Shown here piece after piece: positions 17,903-25,097 of a stretch of 64,000 bases of DNA (its first letter is position 1; every line of letters begins with the position of its first letter). The DNA comes from an uncultured Verrucomicrobiae bacterium (GTDB lineage Bacteria; Verrucomicrobiota; Verrucomicrobiia; Limisphaerales; UBA11358): the NCBI GenBank assembly GCA_963764035.1, contig CAVXQV010000004.1, positions 157,340-221,339 on the forward strand, read 5' to 3'. A program made the position numbers and the translations under genes. The notes under the pieces were generated by a model, which made no database searches, had not been told where the DNA came from, and saw nothing but the letters and a program-made list of their open reading frames with translations.

Positions 17903-18565
17903 ATGAAAAGAAATAAAACGGAGCCGGAAGATTCCGACGTTTTTGGCCCGCACTCGCGGCGCACCTTCCTGAAAGGCCTCGGCACGGCGGCGGTCACGGC
18001 CGCGACGGCGCAGGTCAAGTCGGTCGCGGCGGAACTGGAAAAGGTCAACGCCGAAAAAGTCGTCGGCCCCGGCGCGGTGCCGGTCACGCTCAAGGTCAAC
18101 GGCGAGACGCTCAAGCTGGACCTGGAGCCGCGCGTGACGCTGCTCGACGCCTTGCGGAATTATTCAAGCATCACCGGCCCAAAGGAGGGTTGCGACCGCG
18201 CCTCCTGCGGCGCCTGCACGGTGTTGCTGGACGATTTGCCGATTTATTCCTGCCAGAAACTCGCCATCGAGGCGCAGGGCCACGAAATCACGACCGTCGA
18301 GGGGCTGGCCCAGGACGGGAAATTGTCGGCGGTGCAGCAGGCGTTCGTGGACCGCGACGCGATGCAATGCGGTTATTGCACGCCGGGTTTCATCATGAGC
18401 ATCACCGGATTGCTGAAATGGAATCCCAAGCCGACCGTCGCGGAAACCCTTCATGCCTGTTCGGGAAATCTCTGCCGCTGCGGCACGCATCCGCACATTT
18501 TGCAGGCGGTGGCCCAGGCGTCGGGCGCGGAAGTCACAAGCAAAACGGAGGTGATCAATGCCTAG
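17903..18565 (+). CDS. (2Fe-2S)-binding small subunit of a xanthine-dehydrogenase-family oxidoreductase, Tat signal
   Basis: Twin-arginine motif HSRRTFLKGLGTAAV. Cysteine clusters CDRASCGACTV, CGYCTPGF, CRCGTHP. Confidence 0.9.
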   Translation: MKRNKTEPEDSDVFGPHSRRTFLKGLGTAAVTAATAQVKSVAAELEKVNAEKVVGPGAVPVTLKVNGETLKLDLEPRVTLLDALRNYSSITGPKEGCDRASCGACTVLLDDLPIYSCQKLAIEAQGHEITTVEGLAQDGKLSAVQQAFVDRDAMQCGYCTPGFIMSITGLLKWNPKPTVAETLHACSGNLCRCGTHPHILQAVAQASGAEVTSKTEVINA

Positions 18566-20621
18566 CTGGCCGACAGAAACCAAATACATCAGCCACGCCA
18601 CCAAGCGCGTGGACGGGCCGGCCAAGGCCACGGGCAGCGCGCGTTACGCGTCCGACATCCAGGCCGACGGCTGGCTTTACGGCATGATTCTCCGGTCGAA
18701 ATGGCCGGCGGCGAAAATCACCGACATCAATTTGGACAAGGCGCTGCAAGTGCCCGGCATCAAGGCCGCCGTCAAGGCGCGCGAGGGCGAATTCACCGTC
18801 CGCTTTTACGGCGAGGAAATTGCGGCGGTCTGCGGCGCGACCAAACAGGCGTGCCTGGACGCGTTGCGCGAGATCGAGGTCAAGGCCCAGCCGTTGCCGT
18901 TTGTTGTCCGCGAAGACGACGCCAAAAAGGACGGCGCGCCGGTCGTTTGGGAAGGACAGCCGAATATTTCGCCGGGCCGCCCCAGCGCGCGGGGCGACGT
19001 GGACCAGGCCTTCGGCGAATGCGACGCCGTCATCGAGGGATTTTACTCCACGCCGATCCAGATTCATCACCCGATGGAGACGCACGGCAGCACGACTTCG
19101 TGGACGGACGACGGCGTGACGTCGTGGGCCTCCACGCAGGCGATTTCCGCCGTCCGGAACAACCTCGCCGGCGCGCTGCAATTGGATCACAGCAAGGTGC
19201 GGGTGCTGACCGAATTCATGGGCGGCGGTTTCGGCGCCAAGCTCGACAACAGCCTGGACACCGTGCTCGCGGCAAAGCTCTCGCGCCAGGCAAAAGCGCC
19301 GGTCCGGATGATGTTGACGCGCTTCGACAATGCCCTCGCCGTCGGCAACCGGCCTTCCTCTTTTCAAAAGATCAAAATCGGGGCCAAGGCCGACGGAACG
19401 CTGCACGCGTTCACGATGGAAAATTACGGAACGGCGGGCATCAACGGCGGCGCGAACATTCCCGCACCTTACATTTACGCCGTGCTGAACACACGGGTGA
19501 GCCAGTTCACCGTGCGCGTGAATGCCGGCGCGTCCCGCGCTTTCCGCGCGCCCAGCCATCCACCCGCTTCCGCCGGCATGGAGGCCGCGATGGACGACCT
19601 CGCCGCCAAGCTCGGCATTGACCCGCTGGAATTCCGGCTGAAGAATGATTCCAACGAGGTCCGCCAGCGCGAATACAAGATCGGCGCGGAAAAATTCGGC
19701 TGGAAGGACAAATATAAGAAACCCGGCAGTTCGCCCGGCATTGTGAAAACCGGCATCGGCTGCGCGGGCGCCGCGTGGCCCGGCGGTGGCGGCAGCCGCC
19801 AAACGCAGGGCGAGGCGCAAATCAATCCCGACGGCAGCATCGAGTTCCGCCTCGGCGTGCAGGACATTGGCACCGGCACCAAGACCGTCATCGCCGTCGT
19901 CGCGGCGGAAATGCTGGGCCTCAAGCCGGAACAGATCACCGTGAAGGTTGGTGACACCAATTTCCCGCCCGGCCCCGGCAGCGGCGGCAGCACGACTTGC
20001 GCCTCGGTTTCGCCGACGGTTTTTGACATTTGCACGAAGGCGCTGGATCAATTGCAGACGCAGAGCGGCATCGCCGACGCGCGCGGCGACAATTGGTTTG
20101 CTGCGTGCAAAAAACTCGGCGTCACCCCGCTCGTCGTCCACGGCGATTGGTTGCGGGAGCTTCAATCCAGCCCGGCTTACGGCGTGCAATTCGCCGAGGT
20201 GGACGTGGACACGGAAACTGGCCTGGTAACGGTGAAGAAGATTGTCGCCGTCCACGACTGCGGCCTCATCGTGGACACGCTCACGCTCGAAAGCCAGATC
20301 AACGGCGGCATCATCATGGGCATGGGCTACGCGCTTTACGAGGAGCGCGTGATGGACGATTTGTCCGGCGTGGTGCTCAATCCGAATTTTGAGACCTACA
20401 AGCTCTCCGGCATCGCCGACGTGCCGGACATCCAGCTTGTCCTGCTCAACATGCCCGAACGCGGCGTCATTGGCATCGGCGAACCGGCCACCGTGCCGAC
20501 CGCCGCCGCCATCGGCAATGCCGTGGCCAACGCCATCGGCGCACGCGTCGGCAGCATGCCCATCACGCCGGCAAAAGTTCTCGCCGCATTGGGGAAGGTT
20601 CCGCCGGTGGTAAAAGCCTGA
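18558..20621 (+). CDS. Molybdopterin-binding large subunit (xanthine dehydrogenase / aldehyde oxidase family)
   Basis: 687 aa with GGGFGAKLD, RAPSHPPASAGMEAAMD, VHDCGLIVDTLTLESQINGGIIMGMGYAL and GIGEPATVPTAAAIGNAVANA. The start overlaps the small-subunit stop by 8 nt. Confidence 0.92.
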   Translation: MPSWPTETKYISHATKRVDGPAKATGSARYASDIQADGWLYGMILRSKWPAAKITDINLDKALQVPGIKAAVKAREGEFTVRFYGEEIAAVCGATKQACLDALREIEVKAQPLPFVVREDDAKKDGAPVVWEGQPNISPGRPSARGDVDQAFGECDAVIEGFYSTPIQIHHPMETHGSTTSWTDDGVTSWASTQAISAVRNNLAGALQLDHSKVRVLTEFMGGGFGAKLDNSLDTVLAAKLSRQAKAPVRMMLTRFDNALAVGNRPSSFQKIKIGAKADGTLHAFTMENYGTAGINGGANIPAPYIYAVLNTRVSQFTVRVNAGASRAFRAPSHPPASAGMEAAMDDLAAKLGIDPLEFRLKNDSNEVRQREYKIGAEKFGWKDKYKKPGSSPGIVKTGIGCAGAAWPGGGGSRQTQGEAQINPDGSIEFRLGVQDIGTGTKTVIAVVAAEMLGLKPEQITVKVGDTNFPPGPGSGGSTTCASVSPTVFDICTKALDQLQTQSGIADARGDNWFAACKKLGVTPLVVHGDWLRELQSSPAYGVQFAEVDVDTETGLVTVKKIVAVHDCGLIVDTLTLESQINGGIIMGMGYALYEERVMDDLSGVVLNPNFETYKLSGIADVPDIQLVLLNMPERGVIGIGEPATVPTAAAIGNAVANAIGARVGSMPITPAKVLAALGKVPPVVKA

Positions 20622-20629
20622 ACTATGAA

Positions 20630-20726
20630 GAACATTCAACATTCAACATTCAACATCGAACATCCAATGGCCGGTGCATTGGAAATTGTTGAGCGTTGGG
20701 CGTTGAATGTTGAATGTTGAATGTTT
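20630..20726. repeat. Long imperfect hairpin built from TTCAACA heptamers, between the large and FAD subunit genes
   Basis: GAACATTCAACATTCAACATTCAACATCGAACATCCAATG pairs with CATTGGAAATTGTTGAGCGTTGGGCGTTGAATGTTGAATGTTGAATGTT. Confidence 0.7.
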
Positions 20727-20737
20727 CTTTTCGACAA

Positions 20738-21703
20738 ATGAAAGCCTTTCAATACGCCACCGCCCATTCGACCGACAGCGCCCGCGACCTGGCCGCCGGC
20801 CACGGCGCCTACATCGCCGGCGGCAACGACCTGCTCGGCCTGCTCAAGGATTATCTCGTTCCCGCGCCGGACATCCTCGTCAACATCAAGTCGCTGCCCG
20901 GCCTGAACCAGGTTCAACCCGGCGACAAAACCTGGACCATCGGCGCGCTTGTCACCGTCGGCGAAATCGAGCGCCACGCGGAAATCGCCAAGGCCTTTCC
21001 CGGCCTGCGCGACGCCGTGATGGAAATCGCCTCGCCGCAAATCCGCAACGTCGCCACCGTGGGCGGCGACCTCGCGCAGCATTCGCGCTGCTGGTATTTC
21101 CGCCAGCGCGACGTGCCGTGCATGAAGAAAGGCGGCGACCTCTGCTACGCCCGCAACAGCGAGAACCGCTACCACAGCCTGTTCACCGGCACCGACTGCA
21201 TCAGCCCGGTCGTGTCGTCCCTGGCCGTGATTTTTGCCGCGCTCGACGCCACCGCCATCGTGCTGCGCGACGGCAAGGAGACGCCCATGAAAATGGCCGA
21301 TCTTTACCAGAAAGCGTTCACCGATACGCTCGCGCACAATTCGCTCAACCCCGGCGATTTGATTGTCCGCGTGGAAATCCCCGCCGCGCGCAACCGCAGC
21401 GCTTATTTGCAGGCCAGCGACAAACACACGTTCGACTGGGCGCTGGTCAGTTGCGCCGCCGCGGCGAATGTCGTGGACGGAAAATTAAGCCAGCCTCGCG
21501 TGGCGCTTGGCAGCATTTCGCCCGTGCCGCATCAGGTCGAGGCCGCGAACCAGTTTCTCGACGGCAAGACGCTGGACGACGCCACCGCGTCGCAGGCGGC
21601 GGACATGATCCTGGCCGGGGCGAAGCCGCTCGAATTCAACGGTTACAAGGTGCCGATGGCGCACGCGCTCATCCGGCGCGCGCTGCTCAAACTGAAAGCT
21701 TGA
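20738..21703 (+). CDS. FAD-binding medium subunit (CoxM/XdhB/PaoB-like)
   Basis: MKAFQYATAHS...AYIAGGNDLLGLLKDYL, IRNVATVGGDLAQ. The ORF-track start at 20714 lies inside the heptamer repeat, so I prefer ATG 20738. Confidence 0.9.
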   Translation: MKAFQYATAHSTDSARDLAAGHGAYIAGGNDLLGLLKDYLVPAPDILVNIKSLPGLNQVQPGDKTWTIGALVTVGEIERHAEIAKAFPGLRDAVMEIASPQIRNVATVGGDLAQHSRCWYFRQRDVPCMKKGGDLCYARNSENRYHSLFTGTDCISPVVSSLAVIFAALDATAIVLRDGKETPMKMADLYQKAFTDTLAHNSLNPGDLIVRVEIPAARNRSAYLQASDKHTFDWALVSCAAAANVVDGKLSQPRVALGSISPVPHQVEAANQFLDGKTLDDATASQAADMILAGAKPLEFNGYKVPMAHALIRRALLKLKA

Positions 21704-21707
21704 CGCC

Positions 21708-21911
21708 ATGAAAACGACTTTTTGCAGACATTTGCGGACCAAGGCCATGTTTGTCGGTGCCACGCCGGAGGAGGCGTTTGCCGAGAAACCCGACGGGGAA
21801 GACCGGTCGTGCCATTTCTGGTGCAACCGCACGCAGACCGTCGCCGGCCTGGACGACCAGCCCGTTCACAAGGACGCCTGCCGGCCGGGTCGCAATTGCT
21901 TCGAGGAATAA
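21708..21911 (+). CDS. Small Cys-rich protein (67 aa), unknown function
   Basis: MKTTFCRHLRTKAMFVGATPEEAF...CHFWCNRTQTVAGLDDQPVHKDACRPGRNCFEE. Starts 5 nt after the FAD-subunit stop and has five Cys. I recall similar small ORFs in related phyla but did not verify this. Confidence 0.5.
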   Translation: MKTTFCRHLRTKAMFVGATPEEAFAEKPDGEDRSCHFWCNRTQTVAGLDDQPVHKDACRPGRNCFEE

Positions 21912-22039
21912 ACGGTGAGGCGCGCCGCTCCGCGTGCGTCGTTCGGGGTTTCTGCAAACGTCGGTGGCAAGGCCCCTGACCGCGGACTGATTGTGCCAGA
22001 TTGGCGCACGGAGATTCATTTTACCCGCCAGTAAAGTCT

Positions 22040-22354
22040 CACGAGACGCGCGTCTCGCGTCACGAGACGCGGATCAAACGTCACGAGAGGCGCGTCTCGC
22101 GCCACGAGACGCGGATCAAACGTCACGAGACGCGCGTCTCGCGCCACGAAACGCGGAACAAACGTCACGAAACGCGCGTCTCATGCCACGAGACGCGGAA
22201 CAAACGTCACGAGACGCGCGTCTCATGCCACGAGACGCGGAACAAACGCCACGAGATTCGCGTCTCGCGTCACGAGACGCGGAACAAACGCCACGAGATT
22301 CGCGTCTCGCGTCACGAAATTATCGTCTCGCGTCGCGAGATCCGCGTCTCGTCA
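22040..22354. repeat. Tandem array of 15 x 21 bp (7.5 x 42 bp) with a 16-bp palindromic core
   Basis: Type A units (CACGAGACGCGCGTCTCGCGT, core CGAGACGCGCGTCTCG) alternate with type B units (CACGAGACGCGGAaCAAACGT) in exact 21-bp phase. 22229-22270 and 22271-22312 are identical 42-mers. Confidence 0.95.
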
Positions 22355-22570
22355 CGCAAATTTCCCGCTTTTCTTGGCAAAATGGGCATAAGCCTGATAC
22401 CGCTGTGCCAAATGTGTGCCACCCGGCGGGAGTCTGGCCTTGGTGAATGCGGCAGTCGTTTCGTGTCTCAAATTGACACGAATGCCGTCAAACGTCGCCT
22501 CGCGGTCCCGCGCGCCGTTGCTGCCGGAAATCAATCAACCGTCTGGCCGCCGCCGATGAGATTGCGCGGA

Positions 22571-22620
22571 TGATTTACGGCGCGGCCACCGACGGCGCGA
22601 ACCGGCTGCGTTACTCTTGC
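22571..22620 (+). repeat. 50-bp dispersed repeat, copy 1 (upstream of the SseB-like gene)
   Basis: TGATTTACGGCGCGGCCACCGACGGCGCGAACCGGCTGCGTTACTCTTGC. 47/50 identical to 23594-23643, same orientation. Confidence 0.85.
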
Positions 22621-22757
22621 TGCGAAGACACCGGCGGCCTGGTCAGAGGCAGACGCGAAATGAGCCGTTTGGGAAACGGCGAAAGGAATTTGGCGAAACA
22701 TCCCGGTTTTTTAGTTGATTGTTTTCAAAGGCAGGCACATTTTGCCCCTGCTGGGTT

Positions 22758-23564
22758 ATGTGGAAATCGAATGCCGAACTCGAAGAAGCCTTTGCCAACG
22801 CCCACCAGGGCATGGAACAAACGGTGAACTTTTTCCGGCTGTTGCTCGAACGCAACCTGACTTTCACGGCGCCTTATCATCCGGAAATTGAAGGCCAGCA
22901 TCAGATCGGCAGCGACGGCACCCTGATTGTCACCACGTGGAAGATCGGCGGCGAGGAAATCATTCCCATTTTCACTTCGCCGGAGCGGCTGGACGAGGCG
23001 ATGCAAGGCCGCGCCAAACCGGGCGAACGTTATGCCGCCGGCGAGATGATTGGCCGCGAACTGCTCAAAGGTTTTGCCGCGCCCGGCAACCGGTTGCGCG
23101 TGGCCATCAATCCCGGATGCTCCTGCGGCACCCATTTTCTCGACCCGCAACGCGTGCAAGCCATCCTTGACGGCTCGGCGCTGGTCATTCCCACGCCGGG
23201 CGAACTCGCGATGAATGGGCTGGTCATCTCGCTGCCGGACCGGCTGCCGGTGTCGTTACGGGAGCCGTTGAGTAAATTTTTCGCGGGCCTTCCGGAAGTC
23301 AAGGCGGCGTGGCTGTTTTACGAGGAAGAACCCAGGAAACCGTTTGAGCAGGTCTATGTGTTGGGAATAGCGACTGCCGGCGGCGACGCGCACGAAATCC
23401 GCCATGAAGCCGAACTGGCCATTGCCGGACTATGCCCGCCGGAATGGAGTTCGCGCGCCATCATCATGGACGCGGCCGATCCCGGCTTTGTTGACATCAT
23501 GCGTTGCCAGCCATTTTATGCGGCGGCGGATTTTCAACCACCGCCGAAACCTCCGGCGACCTAA
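22758..23564 (+). CDS. SseB-family protein (two-domain, function unknown)
   Basis: N-terminal part LIVTTWKIGGEEIIPIFTSPERLDEA, C-terminal part LPEVKAAWLFYEEEP...VYVLGIATAG. The layout resembles SseB_N + SseB_C. Start chosen at ATG 22758. Confidence 0.6.
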   Translation: MWKSNAELEEAFANAHQGMEQTVNFFRLLLERNLTFTAPYHPEIEGQHQIGSDGTLIVTTWKIGGEEIIPIFTSPERLDEAMQGRAKPGERYAAGEMIGRELLKGFAAPGNRLRVAINPGCSCGTHFLDPQRVQAILDGSALVIPTPGELAMNGLVISLPDRLPVSLREPLSKFFAGLPEVKAAWLFYEEEPRKPFEQVYVLGIATAGGDAHEIRHEAELAIAGLCPPEWSSRAIIMDAADPGFVDIMRCQPFYAAADFQPPPKPPAT

Positions 23565-23593
23565 TCCACGAATTTCACGGATGAACGCGCAGG

Positions 23594-23643
23594 TGATTTA
23601 CGGCACGGCCACCGACGGCACGAACCGGCTGCGTTACTTTTGC
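23594..23643 (+). repeat. 50-bp dispersed repeat, copy 2 (downstream of the SseB-like gene)
   Basis: TGATTTACGGCACGGCCACCGACGGCACGAACCGGCTGCGTTACTTTTGC. Confidence 0.85.
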
Positions 23644-23836
23644 ACGAAGGCATGGCGATTTGGTCAAAGCAAGGCGCGTCTTTCCGATTTCCCCAACTGC
23701 CATCTCCCATCTCCTATCTCCCAATTGACCTCATGCGCTCACGTTTTTCGGTCGGAAATCAATAAACCGCTTGGCGCGAGGAAGTGAAGAAAACAACTCA
23801 ACCCTTGCACACTTTTGCTTGCCAATCCTGCGCCGC

Positions 23837-23857
23837 TGTGGTAATTGTATTACCACA
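23837..23857. promoter_or_regulatory. Candidate operator: perfect palindrome upstream of the XRE gene
   Basis: TGTGGTAAT-TGT-ATTACCACA, with 9-bp arms, ends 12 nt before ATG 23870. A weak TTGCCA (23819-23824) - 17 nt - TAATTG arrangement overlaps it. Confidence 0.5.
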
Positions 23858-23869
23858 ATACACAAAACT

Positions 23870-24238
23870 ATGTTCGGAACCTTCATCAAAGAATTAAGGG
23901 CGCGAAAGCGCCTCGGCCTGCGCGAATTCTGCCTGGAGCACGGCCACGACCCCAGCAATTGGAGCAAAATCGAACGCGAGGTGCTGTCGCCGCCGCGTGA
24001 CGAGGAAACGCTCCGCAAGTGGGCCAGGCAACTCGGCGTCAAACCCGGCTCGGATGACTGGCACAAATTCCACGACTACGCCGCCGTGGACGCCGGGCGC
24101 ATCCCCGGCCACGTCATGGACAATGAGGAACTGCTTGCCAAACTCCCCGCCTTCTTCCGCACGCTCTCCGGCCACAAACCCTCGCGGAAAGATTTGGAAA
24201 AACTGATTAAAATCATCAGAAGCGCCAACCAATCTTGA
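23870..24238 (+). CDS. XRE-family helix-turn-helix transcriptional regulator
   Basis: MFGTFIKELRARKRLGLREFCLEHGHDPSNWSKIEREVLSP is a Cro/C1-type HTH. Its stop overlaps the next gene's start. Confidence 0.85.
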   Translation: MFGTFIKELRARKRLGLREFCLEHGHDPSNWSKIEREVLSPPRDEETLRKWARQLGVKPGSDDWHKFHDYAAVDAGRIPGHVMDNEELLAKLPAFFRTLSGHKPSRKDLEKLIKIIRSANQS

Positions 24239-24921
24239 ATCACCCGGCAAAATTCAAAGCCCCATTCATCCCCAAGGAACGAATCTGGCAGGAAACCGAA
24301 AAGCTGCGCGCAGCCCATCCGGCGGCTCGCCCCCTCCGCGTCGGACGGGGAGAGGGTGGTCAACGACCGGGTGAGGTGTCGTCTTGCATCGTTCCAATCC
24401 TCGAACTCGCCGAATTTGATCTCGGCCTCGAACTGATTCCGGCGGAAAGCTTGCGCGAAGAACTGGAAATGGACGCGCTGCTTATGGGCGATTTGAAATC
24501 CGTTCTGGTGGACCGGCGCGCCTTCATGAACCCGCGCATGGAATACCGCCTGCGCTTCTCCGTCGCGCACGAAATCGGCCATCTCATTTTGCACCGGGAC
24601 ATCTACGGCGGGCGGAAACACGCCAGCGCCCGGGAATGGTTCGATTACATCGCCGCCATTCCCGACGTGGAATACGGCTGGGTGGAATGGCAGGCTTACG
24701 AATTTGCCGGACGCCTGCTCGTCCCGCCCGATGCGTTGCGCCAGGCCTTTCAATCCGCCATCAAATCCGCGCAAGCCGCCGGCTATTCCGATTGGCAGGC
24801 TGCCGACGAAGCGGCGCTAGACTATATCGCCACGCGCATCGCGCCCAAATTCGGCGTCTCGGCGGACGTGATTGCCAAACGGTTGCGCGTGGAAAAACTT
24901 TGGCCGCCAGTCAATTCTTAA
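24235..24921 (+). CDS. ImmA/IrrE-family zinc metallopeptidase
   Basis: HEXXH motif in RFSVAHEIGHLILH, and downstream EWQAYEFAGRLLVP. The TTG start overlaps the XRE stop (TTGA). Confidence 0.85.
   Translation: MNHPAKFKAPFIPKERIWQETEKLRAAHPAARPLRVGRGEGGQRPGEVSSCIVPILELAEFDLGLELIPAESLREELEMDALLMGDLKSVLVDRRAFMNPRMEYRLRFSVAHEIGHLILHRDIYGGRKHASAREWFDYIAAIPDVEYGWVEWQAYEFAGRLLVPPDALRQAFQSAIKSAQAAGYSDWQAADEAALDYIATRIAPKFGVSADVIAKRLRVEKLWPPVNS
24329..24378. repeat. GGAGAGGG/GGTGAGG-type repeat-like segment inside the ImmA/IrrE coding region
   Basis: CCCCTCCGCGTCGGACGGGGAGAGGGTGGTCAACGACCGGGTGAGGTG is translated as ARPLRVGRGEGGQRPGEVSS. It resembles the intergenic hairpin family at 25031, 28742, 34053, 34166, 60098 and 60162. 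Confidence 0.45.
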
Positions 24922-25030
24922 CCACGGAAGCGCACGGATGAACACGGATTTTCACGAATTCAAATGCGCTGAAGGCGCTACGGAAATTAGCCCGGTGTTG
25001 CCCCGAAAGCATTCGGGGCTACGCCGGGAA

Positions 25031-25091
25031 AACGTCCCACAAAATAATTCTCCCTCTCCTCGCCGAACGAGGAGAGGGCCGGGGTGAGGAG
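25031..25091. repeat. Hairpin repeat element, left flank of the methyltransferase/Z1 cassette
   Basis: CGTCCCACAAAATAATTCTCCCTCTCCTCGCCGAACGAGGAGAGGGCCGGGGTGAGGAG. The last 30 nt (25062-25091) are the exact reverse complement of 28742-28771. Confidence 0.9.
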
Positions 25092-25097
25092 TCAGAA

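Noticed and set aside
18555-20642. 695-aa minus-strand ORF opposite the molybdopterin-binding subunit
   Set aside because: It is a shadow ORF. The plus-strand product carries unambiguous xanthine-dehydrogenase-family motifs, while the minus-strand product is low-complexity Arg/Ala/Gly.
22040-22354. CRISPR array interpretation of the tandem repeats (also considered for 5636-5908)
   Set aside because: The units are contiguous with no unique spacers, the period is only 21 bp, and there are no cas genes in the window.
21991-22573. ORFs 21991..22446 and 22001..22573 translating the tandem array as heptad-repeat proteins (HETRVSR / RDAEQTS)
   Set aside because: Two frames are open only because the 42-bp unit lacks stop codons. 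There is no credible start context or flanking protein-like sequence. A coding role cannot be fully excluded without expression data.
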